Shown piece after piece: positions 39,721 through 48,880 of a stretch of 64,000 nt of DNA. Both the position numbers and the translations under genes were made by a program. The notes under the pieces were generated by a model. That model was not told where the DNA came from. It was given only the letters and a program-made list of their open reading frames with translations, and searched no databases. How positions within the stretch are numbered: the stretch's first letter is position 1; each line of letters begins with the position of its first letter. The stretch is from an uncultured Aminicenantes bacterium (GTDB lineage Bacteria; Acidobacteriota; Aminicenantia; UBA2199), in assembly GCA_965195285.1 (NCBI GenBank), contig CBDAFS010000055.1, forward strand, positions 32,001 through 96,000, in the 5' to 3' direction.

Positions 39721-39773
39721 TTATTCTTTAGACCTGACCCCGGTTATTCTTTAGACCTGACCCCGGTTATTCT
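39721..39773. repeat. Tandem 23-bp duplication with a TGACCCC end
   Basis: ttattctttagacctgaccccgg x2 plus a partial third copy. Confidence 0.9.
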
Positions 39774-39802
39774 CGGTTATGCGGTTACCGGGTACGGCCG
39801 AT

Positions 39803-40909
39803 TTAGAATGGTTTCAGACGGTAAATACAGTTCCACTTTTGATATACGGAGAAGTATAGCTCTCTTGTTGTGGGGAAATAGATAACCGACCAGGTGGTGC
39901 CTTTCTGGGAGACATCCTGCAGGATTTTCAGACCGGCCTTCCAGTCTATAGCTCCTTTTGATTTTTCGAGAGTTTCGGATATGCTTCGATAACGCCAGCA
40001 TTTTTCTCTCAGCTTGGCATCCGGAACATTATGAATGGACTTATTTGTGAGCACTTGACTGGTTTTATCAGAATATATTTTTCTCCATTGATCCTGACTG
40101 TATTCCAGAATCACAGACTGTCCGGAGGCATCGACAACCAGCAAATGTGTGTTCAAGGAATTGATATCCAAATCAAAGGGGATGAACTTTTCAACCAGGG
40201 TCACCGCTTCTTCGATGTTCTTGGTTTGATCAAGAATTTTACGTACTAAGAAAGTAACGAACACAAGTTCCTTATCGCTCTTTGGTTTGTGTGTGGTTTG
40301 CTTTACACCGGCTACGGCCACGGCCAGGCCGTGTTCATTGATCCCGTCCATTGCATAAAAAGGAGCCAACAACAGCTTTTTTCCCAGTTCACTCGATTTG
40401 AGTTGCTCCAGATCGATGTTTAACGGAAAACCCATATCAATGGCTCTGGAAAAGGAAATCGAAGTGTATCCCCCGGGGGAATGATAGAGACTGATGATTA
40501 TGGAACCCACATTTTGATTATCCCAGTTTCTACCCATAATGACAGAATTCTCAGTGGTTGTGGAGAACACACTGCAATAGCGCCAGGTTTGATCGATCAT
40601 CGGATTGTCAATTGCATGTTGGTTTTCTTTTTTAAAGACATCCTCACGATCGCCAACGTGAGTCATTAGATAAAGGCCTCCTGTAGAATATGTCTCGCTT
40701 ATCTCTCTTACTTTTACCAGGCTCTGCAGGGTTCGGGATACATCCGAATCCGAATCAGGAGGCTGTTCGAACTTCAAATCAATAATTTCAGCCTGAGTTC
40801 CACCGAATCCGGCAATCACCAGAGATGAAATAATAGTCAGAAAGATGACCCGTTTCTTTTGTTTTTTAACACACACCATAAAAATCTCCTTACTTTTTTT
40901 TAGGTTCAT
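39803..40909 (-). CDS. Secreted Ntn-hydrolase (C45 peptidase / choloylglycine hydrolase-like); start uncertain
   Basis: CSVF nucleophile, GRNWD, DGINEHGL, TN, TTWSVIY; hydrophobic N-terminal segment. Confidence 0.78.
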   Translation of the reverse strand: MNLKKSKEIFMVCVKKQKKRVIFLTIISSLVIAGFGGTQAEIIDLKFEQPPDSDSDVSRTLQSLVKVREISETYSTGGLYLMTHVGDREDVFKKENQHAIDNPMIDQTWRYCSVFSTTTENSVIMGRNWDNQNVGSIIISLYHSPGGYTSISFSRAIDMGFPLNIDLEQLKSSELGKKLLLAPFYAMDGINEHGLAVAVAGVKQTTHKPKSDKELVFVTFLVRKILDQTKNIEEAVTLVEKFIPFDLDINSLNTHLLVVDASGQSVILEYSQDQWRKIYSDKTSQVLTNKSIHNVPDAKLREKCWRYRSISETLEKSKGAIDWKAGLKILQDVSQKGTTWSVIYFPTTRELYFSVYQKWNCIYRLKPF

Positions 40910-40996
40910 GTCAATATATAGAAACGGAATGAAACATGGAAAGGTTGCATTTTTATTCAGTACAATAATTGGGTCACGTCAACCGGTTTTTTATTT

Positions 40997-42145
40997 TTAT
41001 TTAATTCTGTTGTTCACGACCTTTAATTTGAGGGTGCTGTTTATACCTTTTCTGGGGTTTTTTAAGAAGTTTGTTACTGTTATGGGAATAGTCAGATCAT
41101 AAACACCAGGTTCTGCATCCTTCTTAAATCTAAGAGTCAGAATATCAGTGGTCTGAGGCAGAATGTTGACCTTTTCAGTCAGGGTATAGGCATCTGAACT
41201 GTTATTGGTATTTATCATTATCGGAATATCTGAATTATTGGTAATCCGTATCAATGCTTTGCCTGATTCATTGCTGGATAATTCTTTAGTAATAAGATCG
41301 ATACAACTCATAAATAGAGGTTTTAACCACTCCTCCCTGCCCATAATAAAATGTCGGTCATAAATTAAGGTCCGCCGGTTCTCAAGCGCATCCCTGACAC
41401 CATCCAGGGTCCATTCTTTGGAAAAAACCAGGGTATAGGGCCTGTGCTGGCCTCGTAGAGGTTCAAATTTAAAATCTATTCTGGTATGAATATCAGAATT
41501 CCCAAAGAGGGTCAAGTTTTTTTCCAGAGCCCAGTCAAATACCTCGGGATAGTACTCATCCCAATTTACCACTTCAATCCCCTTTAACCATCCCTTGTTG
41601 AGCAGCGTGGTATGCTCCTTGTACCAGCGCACCTCCTTATCCTCTTTTAACTGAGAACCCCAGCCCGGATGATTCCATATGATAAAAGCTCCCTGCTTTA
41701 TTGCCAGCTCAATCGCTTTAAATGGATTCTTTTCCGTCATGGGTGTTTCATCTTGGATAAAAAGAGCGTTAAAATGTCCGGGGGGCATATCCCGGGTAAT
41801 CTCAGTGGCTTTGATTAAGAGTATTCCCAGTTCCTGTGCACGGGGAAGAGCCAACTCATAAGCCCGGTTGTATTTGATTGGAACATCCTCCCTGGAGGAT
41901 TTATAATCAGTTTCAACATGATCGGTTATGGCAATCACATCCAGTCCTTCTCTATAGGCTTCTTCAACCCGTATGGTGGGCCAGACATCACCATCCGAAA
42001 AGAGTGTATGAATATGAAAATCCCCGATCAGGGTTTTATACCCTTTAATATCGGGAATTCTGATCTCTCTCCGAATCTGAGTGTACAAAAATCCGGGGAT
42101 TAACAGCACGATCAGCAGGACAATCGGAATGATATTTTTCTTCAT
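40997..42145 (-). CDS. Secreted PHP-domain phosphoesterase
   Basis: Signal peptide; DFHIHT, ITDH, GHFNALF, NHP, NSDIH; AAGGAG RBS. Confidence 0.85.
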   Translation of the reverse strand: MKKNIIPIVLLIVLLIPGFLYTQIRREIRIPDIKGYKTLIGDFHIHTLFSDGDVWPTIRVEEAYREGLDVIAITDHVETDYKSSREDVPIKYNRAYELALPRAQELGILLIKATEITRDMPPGHFNALFIQDETPMTEKNPFKAIELAIKQGAFIIWNHPGWGSQLKEDKEVRWYKEHTTLLNKGWLKGIEVVNWDEYYPEVFDWALEKNLTLFGNSDIHTRIDFKFEPLRGQHRPYTLVFSKEWTLDGVRDALENRRTLIYDRHFIMGREEWLKPLFMSCIDLITKELSSNESGKALIRITNNSDIPIMINTNNSSDAYTLTEKVNILPQTTDILTLRFKKDAEPGVYDLTIPITVTNFLKNPRKGINSTLKLKVVNNRIK

Positions 42146-42320
42146 TTTATCTCCTTCTTGGCCCTTAATTATAACTTATTTTTTTTTATTGTGTAATAAA
42201 AATACCATAGATAAAATACCTGGGAACAAGTTTACATTAAAGCTTAAGGGAAAAAGTCGGTGCCTGGGGAGGAGCCGGGGAACTTTTTTCAAATTTAGAA
42301 AACGGTTGGAATGAAAGGAC

Positions 42321-42433
42321 TGGGCGATGCAGGATTTACAAGTGTGACTCATCGTACACTTGCCTGCGGCTCCTTCCTTTCAGTCAGTCGTGCTGATTCG
42401 CTTAAGGCGAATCATGGGAACCTGCAACTTCTA
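42321..42433 (-). pseudogene. tRNA-Val 3' fragment (att-like) split by an 80-nt insertion in the T-loop
   Basis: tgggcgatgcaggattt [42338-42417] gaacctgcaacttcta matches tRNA 48881-48913 with one mismatch. Confidence 0.8.
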
Positions 42434-42477
42434 ATGGACATCACCCCTTTTCACCCCCTTTTTTTTATTTCAGTTTT

Positions 42478-42852
42478 TTATTTGTCTTTAAGCTCTCTGT
42501 CTTTTACATTAAAGATTATTGATAATATTAATGCGGTTAAAAATAGTAGAAGAGTAATCATATCAACCATTCTGGCATTTACATTCCAGTCAGTAATTGA
42601 GTCAATGAGAAATTTAATATAAGATAAAGGCATATCATATAGTTCCAGTTTCACCCTTACTTTCCAGTGCCATTCGGTACTGGGACAAAATCCAAATCCA
42701 TACCAAATACCCAGAATAAACCAGGAAAAGGCAGTCAACAAAAGTAGTATGAGATTTAATTTTCTGGTTTTTTTCCATATCCACCCAAAAAGGTTAAAAA
42801 AAATGATGCCTGTATGAAAAACAAAAAAGAATTTATCTAGAAACAGGTACAA
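42478..42852 (-). CDS. Small membrane protein, DUF2784-like
   Basis: H..IIFFNLFGW, GFCPSTEWHW, three hydrophobic helices; GGAGGA RBS with TTG start. Confidence 0.7.
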   Translation of the reverse strand: MYLFLDKFFFVFHTGIIFFNLFGWIWKKTRKLNLILLLLTAFSWFILGIWYGFGFCPSTEWHWKVRVKLELYDMPLSYIKFLIDSITDWNVNARMVDMITLLLFLTALILSIIFNVKDRELKDK

Positions 42853-42971
42853 ACTATATCCTCCATCATTTATATTTATATTATAGTAGGTTTTATTCTA
42901 AAATTTTTTAATAATCAAGAAATATTCAATATTGAGTTTATTTTTATAAAAATGTAAAAATGTAAAAAAAT

Positions 42972-43074
42972 GGGGACGTTGCTTGACAGTGTGACAGTAA
43001 GTTACAAAAAAGTCACTTCTTGTTGGAACTTTTGTGGGAAAGATATGTAAGAAAAATGGTCGATGTCCCTATTT
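42972..43074. repeat. REPIN/MITE-like element GGGGAC...GTCCCT
   Basis: ggggacgttgcttgac matches the reverse complement of the MITE end 47556-47571 at 15/16; the right end tgtccctatttt recurs in the 47308-47350 repeat. Confidence 0.6.
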
Positions 43075-43099
43075 TTTAAAACTGTTGATGATAAAGGAC

Positions 43100-43141
43100 T
43101 GGGCGATGCAGGATTTGAACCTGCGACTTCTACCGTGTGAA
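43100..43141 (-). repeat. att-like direct repeat: exact 42-bp copy of the tRNA-Val 3' half
   Basis: Identical to 48881-48922 and ends in the anticodon loop. Confidence 0.92.
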
Positions 43142-43147
43142 ACAAAG

Positions 43148-43317
43148 GGGGACGGTGCCTTACTTTATTACTTTTTGGATGACTGTAAAGGACATGCCCT
43201 ACTTGTGTGTACATCTTCAAACTATAAATTTACAGATTTGCATGTCCTATCCCGCTTGGGGTACACCGTTACCGTTTTCCTATCGAACGGAAAAATCATG
43301 TCAAGAAGTCAAGCACC
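43148..43317. mobile_element. MITE/REPIN-like element copy 1 (right TIR lacks 6 nt)
   Basis: Near-identical direct repeat of 47397-47571. Confidence 0.8.
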
Positions 43318-43571
43318 AATCAATATAAAATGGGGTTTAAAGGTCTTCTTACTAGTGACATAAAAAAATATTCTATAAAAAAGAAGAGAATTGTTTTTTT
43401 CGCTAATACTATCGGAACACCAAACCGTACCTTTCAGTTCAATGGGATCCTCTGGTCGATTATATACTTTTTTGGTTGCCATTCTAAAAAAAAATAGTTT
43501 GCATAAAAAATTTCCTTTTGTTATATATGATATGAAAGGCCTGTTGTGAATTGACATTATTGAGTATTTCA

Positions 43572-46500
43572 ATGATAGGAAAAACAATTTCTCATTATAA
43601 GATCCTCGAAAAAATCGGTGAAGGGGGGATGGGAGTAGTCTTTAAGGCTGAGGATACCAAACTTGATCGTCTTGTTGCACTCAAATTTCTTCCCAGGCAA
43701 TACAGTATAAACAAAGAAGAAAAACAGAGGTTCATACATGAGGCAAAAGCTGCGGCTGCATTAGATCACACTAATATCTGTGCAATCTATGAAATTGATG
43801 AAACTGAAGACGGGCAGATGTTCATTGTCATGGCCTACTATGATGGGGAAACCTTAAAAGATAAAATTACCTCTGGCCCCTTGCCCATCGCCGAGGCTAT
43901 TAATATCACAATCCAGGTTACTGAAGGATTAAATAAAGCACATACAAAAAATATTATTCACAGAGATATAAAAGCAGCCAACATCATTATTACCAGTGAT
44001 GGAATTGCCAAAATAGTAGACTTCGGTCTGGCCAAACTGAAAGGTCAAACCAAGCTGACCAAGGAGGGATCTACCCTGGGAACTGTTTCATATATGTCAC
44101 CGGAACAGGTCCTGGGAGAAGAGGTTAACCATCAGACTGACGTATGGTCATTAGGAGTAGTGCTTTATGAAATGACTATAGGCCAGTTTCCTTTTAAAGG
44201 AGAACATGAGCAGGCAGTAATGTACTCTATTATAAATGAAGAGCCGGAACAGATTGCTGGGATCAGGCCTGAAGTACCTGAAAAACTGGAACAGATTATA
44301 TTTAAGGCTCTTGAAAAAGAACAAAATAATCGGTACCAGAACGTAAAAGAACTATTTACAGACTTACGATCCTTGGCAAAAGGTGTTGATTCTGCAATCT
44401 CGATAGAAGAACAATTCCAACCGCCCCCGTTTCTTGAGGCAGAGGATCATGAGGATATTGAGCCTCCCGTCTTTGTAGCCCGGGAGCAAGAACTTGAGAA
44501 GCTTAATAAATTCCTCGACCGGACAATTGAAGGAAAAGGTCAGGTTGTTTTTGTGAAAGGAGAAGCCGGTAGCGGAAAGACCGCCCTGGTGCATGAATTT
44601 GCCCGGCGTGCTCAAGAGATTCATTCTGATCTTATAGTTGCCACCGGGAAATGTAATGCCACTACCGGGGTTGTTGACCCCTATTTACCTTTTTTAGAGA
44701 TAATGAATATGCTCACTGGTGATGTAAAAGAGAAGTGGATAACTGGAAAAATAACCAGGGAGCATGTCATCGGGTTATGGAATCTTCTTCCTCTTTCTAT
44801 TCAGGCACTGGTGGATAATGGGCCTGACCTGATAAATATATTTGTGCAAGGAGGTAATCTGCTGAAACGCCTAGAAGTTTTTTCACCAGGCAGGACATCC
44901 TGGAAAGTCAAGTTGAAGAAACTTGTGGAACATAAGGCAGCCCTTCCCCCGGACCCAAACCTGCAACAAAGCTACCTTTTAAGGCAATTCACCAGAGTGC
45001 TCATCGCACTTTCACGAGAGCAGCCATTGCTTTTAATACTTGACGACCTGCACTGGGCAGATTCAGGTTCCATTAACCTGCTTCTTAAGCTGGGCCAGAG
45101 TGTAGAGGGCAGCCGTATCCTGTTAACAGGAACTTACCGTGGAGCAGAAGTAGCCATGGGAAGGGAAAACAAACCACATCCCCTTGAGCCTTTAATTAAT
45201 GAATTCAAACGGAACTTCGGTGAATTTGAAATTGACCTGGGAAAAACAGAAGACAGGGAATTCCTAAACTCATTTCTTGATACAGAACCAAATGAATTAA
45301 GCCAAAATTTTAAGGATACTCTCTACAAGCAAACCAAAGGGCACTCCCTCTTTACCGTTGAATTGCTGCGGAGCATGCAGGAAAGTGAAATGCTGGTCAA
45401 GGACAAAGATGGAAACTGGATTGAAGGGCCGGAGTTAAACTGGGAGACAATGCCCGCACGGGTGGATGCAGTGATTGGAGAACGTATCAACCGGCTTTCT
45501 GATACGCTTCGTGAAATATTGACCATTGCTTGTGTGGAGGGTGAAGAATTTACAGCGGAAGTGGTTGCCAGGTTAAAGGATACTGAAGTCCGGGAATTGG
45601 TCAGACTTTTAAGCAGTGACCTGGACAGGCACCATCACCTGGTGAGCAGCCAGGGTATCCGCCGGATTCAAAAATTGCGCTTATCCTTGTACCGTTTCCG
45701 GCACATCCTCTTTCAGAGGTATCTTTATAACAGTCTTGATGAGACTGAGCAGGTTTTTCTTCACGAAGATGTGGGAAAAATGTTAGAGACGCTTTATGGA
45801 GAGCGAGCAGAAAAGATATCTGTTCAATTGGCTTATCACTTTCAAAAAGCGGGAATAACTGAAAAGGCGATAGAGTATCTTAAAAAAGCAGGAGATAGAT
45901 CCTTGGGGTTGTATGCCAATGAGGAGGCGATTTTGCATTTTACTAAAGGTCTGGAGCTACTTAAAACTTTACCGGATTCACCAGAGCGTACCCAGTTGGA
46001 ACTTACTTTACAACTTGCCTTAACTCCTGCATTACAATTCACCAGGGGCTTAGGGGCTGCAGAACTGGAACAGACACTCGCCCGGGCTAAGGAGCTTTGC
46101 CAGCAGTTAGGGGAAACGCCTCAACTTTTAATAGCACTTGTTCAACTTTCATTTTTTCATGCTGTAAGAGGAGATTACCGTAAGGCGCTAGAGTATGGAA
46201 AACAGGTAAAAAGAATGACAGAGCAAGGTGATGATCCAGTTTTTACTGCTTTTTCTAATGTAATACACGTGTGGCCATTGCTTAATGTGGCAGATTTAAA
46301 TCAATCTCTAACCTGCGCACAGCAGGTAATTTCATTCTATGATCCTAAGAAACATGGATCTTTGTTATTCACGACCGGGATTGATATGGCAATAATCTCT
46401 TACGGATTCGGAGCCTGGGGTTTTTGGATTCAAGGCCATCCGGATCGAGCCCGGGAGTGGTGTAAAAAAGCAATGGCTCTGGCCCGGGAGCTGGCTGAAC

Positions 46501-47159
46501 CTTATAATTTAGCTTTTGCCTATCTTCAAGCCTCTGAAACCTACCTGTTTCTTAAGCAAGCTCAGATGGTTAAGAAGTATGCCGAGAAGATGGCTCCAAT
46601 CGCCATAGAAAAAGGCTTTGGGTATTTGGAGGCTCATGTAATTTTTTATCGGGGCTGGCTACAAACTTTAAAGGGTCACACTAAAGAAGGTATAGGACAA
46701 ATGAATCATGGACTAAGAATGATGCTGGCTACAAATACCGAAACATGTTTCACCCGTCTTTACGCCTGGATGGCCAGTGTGTGTCTGGAAGTGGGTCAGA
46801 TAGAGGATGGACTGACTGCAATAACAAAGGCTATGGAGGTAATGCGAAATAAAGATGAGATTTACATTGAAGCTGAGCTGTATCGTTTAAAGGGGGAGTT
46901 GTTGTTGATGAAGGCGCAGGGGAAGGATGAGGCGGAGGTTAGGGTCTGTTTTCAGAAGGCCATCAATGTTGCCCGACATCAGAAGGCTAAGTCCTGGGAG
47001 CTTCGAGCTGTGATGAGCCTAAGCCGTTTGTTACAGAAAAAGGGAAAGAAAGCAGAAGCGCGAAAAATTCTGGCCGAGATATACGGCTGGTTTACTGAAG
47101 GCTTTGATACCCTGGATCTCAAAGAGGCCAAGGCGCTTCTTGAGGATTTGTCAGGTTAA
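43572..47159 (+). CDS. Ser/Thr kinase - P-loop (STAND-like) ATPase - TPR protein
   Basis: GEGGMG, VALK, HRDIKAAN, DFG, SPE; FVARE, Walker A GEAGSGKT, LDDLHWAD; helical repeat C-terminus ending WFTEGFDT.DL. Confidence 0.9.
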   Translation: MIGKTISHYKILEKIGEGGMGVVFKAEDTKLDRLVALKFLPRQYSINKEEKQRFIHEAKAAAALDHTNICAIYEIDETEDGQMFIVMAYYDGETLKDKITSGPLPIAEAINITIQVTEGLNKAHTKNIIHRDIKAANIIITSDGIAKIVDFGLAKLKGQTKLTKEGSTLGTVSYMSPEQVLGEEVNHQTDVWSLGVVLYEMTIGQFPFKGEHEQAVMYSIINEEPEQIAGIRPEVPEKLEQIIFKALEKEQNNRYQNVKELFTDLRSLAKGVDSAISIEEQFQPPPFLEAEDHEDIEPPVFVAREQELEKLNKFLDRTIEGKGQVVFVKGEAGSGKTALVHEFARRAQEIHSDLIVATGKCNATTGVVDPYLPFLEIMNMLTGDVKEKWITGKITREHVIGLWNLLPLSIQALVDNGPDLINIFVQGGNLLKRLEVFSPGRTSWKVKLKKLVEHKAALPPDPNLQQSYLLRQFTRVLIALSREQPLLLILDDLHWADSGSINLLLKLGQSVEGSRILLTGTYRGAEVAMGRENKPHPLEPLINEFKRNFGEFEIDLGKTEDREFLNSFLDTEPNELSQNFKDTLYKQTKGHSLFTVELLRSMQESEMLVKDKDGNWIEGPELNWETMPARVDAVIGERINRLSDTLREILTIACVEGEEFTAEVVARLKDTEVRELVRLLSSDLDRHHHLVSSQGIRRIQKLRLSLYRFRHILFQRYLYNSLDETEQVFLHEDVGKMLETLYGERAEKISVQLAYHFQKAGITEKAIEYLKKAGDRSLGLYANEEAILHFTKGLELLKTLPDSPERTQLELTLQLALTPALQFTRGLGAAELEQTLARAKELCQQLGETPQLLIALVQLSFFHAVRGDYRKALEYGKQVKRMTEQGDDPVFTAFSNVIHVWPLLNVADLNQSLTCAQQVISFYDPKKHGSLLFTTGIDMAIISYGFGAWGFWIQGHPDRAREWCKKAMALARELAEPYNLAFAYLQASETYLFLKQAQMVKKYAEKMAPIAIEKGFGYLEAHVIFYRGWLQTLKGHTKEGIGQMNHGLRMMLATNTETCFTRLYAWMASVCLEVGQIEDGLTAITKAMEVMRNKDEIYIEAELYRLKGELLLMKAQGKDEAEVRVCFQKAINVARHQKAKSWELRAVMSLSRLLQKKGKKAEARKILAEIYGWFTEGFDTLDLKEAKALLEDLSG

Positions 47160-47282
47160 AACAAGCCAAAAATATTTGGAATTTTGATCGAATATTCTCA
47201 AGAACATGGGGTCTAAAGAATAAAGATTTGTCAATAATGTTTTTCATCCCAATACTCAAGGTATTAACCTGCATCATCTAAA

Positions 47283-47350
47283 AAAATAGGAACACATCAC
47301 TTTTATTTAATGGGATGTGTCCCTATTTTAATGGGATGTGTCCCTATTTT
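47283..47350. repeat. Inverted repeat plus 21-bp tandem duplication
   Basis: aaaataggaacacatc / gatgtgtccctatttt; taatgggatgtgtccctattt x2 (47308-47349). Confidence 0.85.
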
Positions 47351-47396
47351 AGGGGAATTTCTCTAAATAGAATAAAATGGCGGGAACGGCATGAAT

Positions 47397-47571
47397 GGGG
47401 ACGGTGCCTTACTTTATTACTTTTTGGATGACTGTAAAGGACATGCCCCACTTGTGTGTATATCTTCAAACTAAAAATTTACAGATTTGCATGTCTTATC
47501 CCGCTTGGGGACACCGTCACCGTTTTCCTATCAAACGGAAAAATTATGTCGAGAAGTCAAGCACCGTCCCC
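47397..47571. mobile_element. MITE/REPIN-like element copy 2 (175 bp, intact TIRs)
   Basis: Perfect 11-bp TIR ggggacggtgc/gcaccgtcccc; internal stems gacatgc/gcatgtc and ccgttt/aaacgg. Confidence 0.82.
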
Positions 47572-47683
47572 AATCACCCCTTTTTGTTAGTACCGTCATT
47601 CCTTCTTTTCTACAATGGTAGAATAATTTTAATTTTTCCGACATAATTGAACATAGAATTTCCGTTAAAAAAGGAGAAATGTG

Positions 47684-48757
47684 ATGAAATCAATAAAAAT
47701 ACATTTTTATCAATGGGTTCTTATCAGTTTATTATTCTTTACTTTATCCGGGCTTTCAGCCTCCAACTTTTCTGAAGTTGAGATTTCCCCTGATACACCC
47801 GCTGATGTAAGACTGGCAATCGAAGGATTGTTTTCTACTGAAGCCATCACCCGGGTAAAATCGGCCACTAGATTAGGAAATATTGGAGCCCGGGCAATCC
47901 CAGCAATCCCATTTCTCATTGAAATGCTAAATGATACCGTAGAAGTCCGGTTGCAATCCAGTTCTCAACCAACCTCCCCTGCCAGTGAAGCAAATAAAGC
48001 ACTAATAAAAATTGGTAAACCTGCAGTTAAACCACTTATTGCAGCATTAAAACACGATGACTGGGTTATTCGATCATGGGCTGCTGAAATACTGGGAAAT
48101 TTAAAAGATCACCAGGCGTCACAACCATTGATTACAAGCATGAGTGATAAGAATTCCATAGTAAGAAAATTGGCAGCAGAGGCATTGGGGAAAATTGATC
48201 CAAAAGCGCTTATTAATACTTTAAAGCACAAACAAGCTCAAGTTCGAGCCGGTGCGGCCTGGGCATTAGGAGAGCTAAAAATTCAGTCTTCAGTAGAACA
48301 CTTAATCAAATCCCTTGATGATAAGAAAACTCTAGTTCGAGGCTATGTCATTGAGGCCTTGGGTAAAATAAAAAGTACCAGAGCTACAATTCCTTTACTT
48401 AAATTTCTGAAGGATAAGAAGAGAATCATTCGTGAAAAGACTGGGATGGCCCTGGGAAAGATAGAAGATCCCCGGGCTGTTGTAGCCCTGATTGCTGCAT
48501 TGAAGCATAAAGATTGGGCAACCAGATGGAAGGCTGCCCTGGCTACCGGGATGATAAAAGATAAGCGCGGTGTTGAGCCTCTTATTATTGCTTTAAACGA
48601 TAAAAAAGCCGAAGTACGTTTTACGGCAGCCTGGGCTCTGGGAGAAATCAAAGATTCCCGGGCAGTGAAATATTTGATTCCTCTACTGGAAGATGGATAC
48701 GTAACTGTGCGGCAGAAAGCTAAAGAAGCTTTGAAGAAAATAACTGGAAAAGATTAA
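47684..48757 (+). CDS. Secreted HEAT/PBS-lyase repeat protein
   Basis: Signal peptide; repeated VR..AA.ALG.I.D..AV..LI..L.D units; AAGGAG RBS. Confidence 0.88.
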   Translation: MKSIKIHFYQWVLISLLFFTLSGLSASNFSEVEISPDTPADVRLAIEGLFSTEAITRVKSATRLGNIGARAIPAIPFLIEMLNDTVEVRLQSSSQPTSPASEANKALIKIGKPAVKPLIAALKHDDWVIRSWAAEILGNLKDHQASQPLITSMSDKNSIVRKLAAEALGKIDPKALINTLKHKQAQVRAGAAWALGELKIQSSVEHLIKSLDDKKTLVRGYVIEALGKIKSTRATIPLLKFLKDKKRIIREKTGMALGKIEDPRAVVALIAALKHKDWATRWKAALATGMIKDKRGVEPLIIALNDKKAEVRFTAAWALGEIKDSRAVKYLIPLLEDGYVTVRQKAKEALKKITGKD

Positions 48758-48764
48758 CACATAA

Positions 48765-48790
48765 ATAAGGGGTCAGATAAGGGGTCAAAT
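48765..48790. repeat. Tandem ATAAGGGGTCA duplication
   Basis: ataaggggtcag ataaggggtcaa directly after the HEAT gene stop. Confidence 0.75.
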
Positions 48791-48808
48791 CTGTGTTTGA
48801 CGTTTGGT

Positions 48809-48850
48809 AAAAAAAGCCGAAGCCAAGTGTTGAAGCTGGGGACTTTTTTC
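48809..48850 (-). terminator. Probable intrinsic terminator downstream of tRNA-Val
   Basis: Minus strand: imperfect stem aaaaaagtcc...ggc followed by T7; a related sequence sits at the same offset from the tRNA fragment at 42251-42290. Confidence 0.5.
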
Positions 48851-48880
48851 AAATTACGGAAACTGTTGATAATAAAGGAA

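Larger units (their letters stand above)
39718..48880. mobile_element. Integrase-less genomic island / cassette array at the tRNA-Val 3' end (left boundary approximate)
   Basis: Two extra tRNA-Val 3' copies (42321, 43100), dense REP/MITE-like repeats, AT-rich spacers, unrelated cargo genes. Confidence 0.65.

Noticed and set aside
39721-39773. Possible CRISPR array (also 47308-47349)
   Set aside because: Head-to-tail duplications without spacers, only two units each, and no cas genes.
43137-47646. Similar small ORFs (GTVPYFITFWMTVKDMP...) at 43137-43328 and 47395-47646
   Set aside because: They are translations of the two MITE copies; a 1-nt indel (ggggtacacc vs ggggacacc) shifts the frame between copies, and starts and stops differ.
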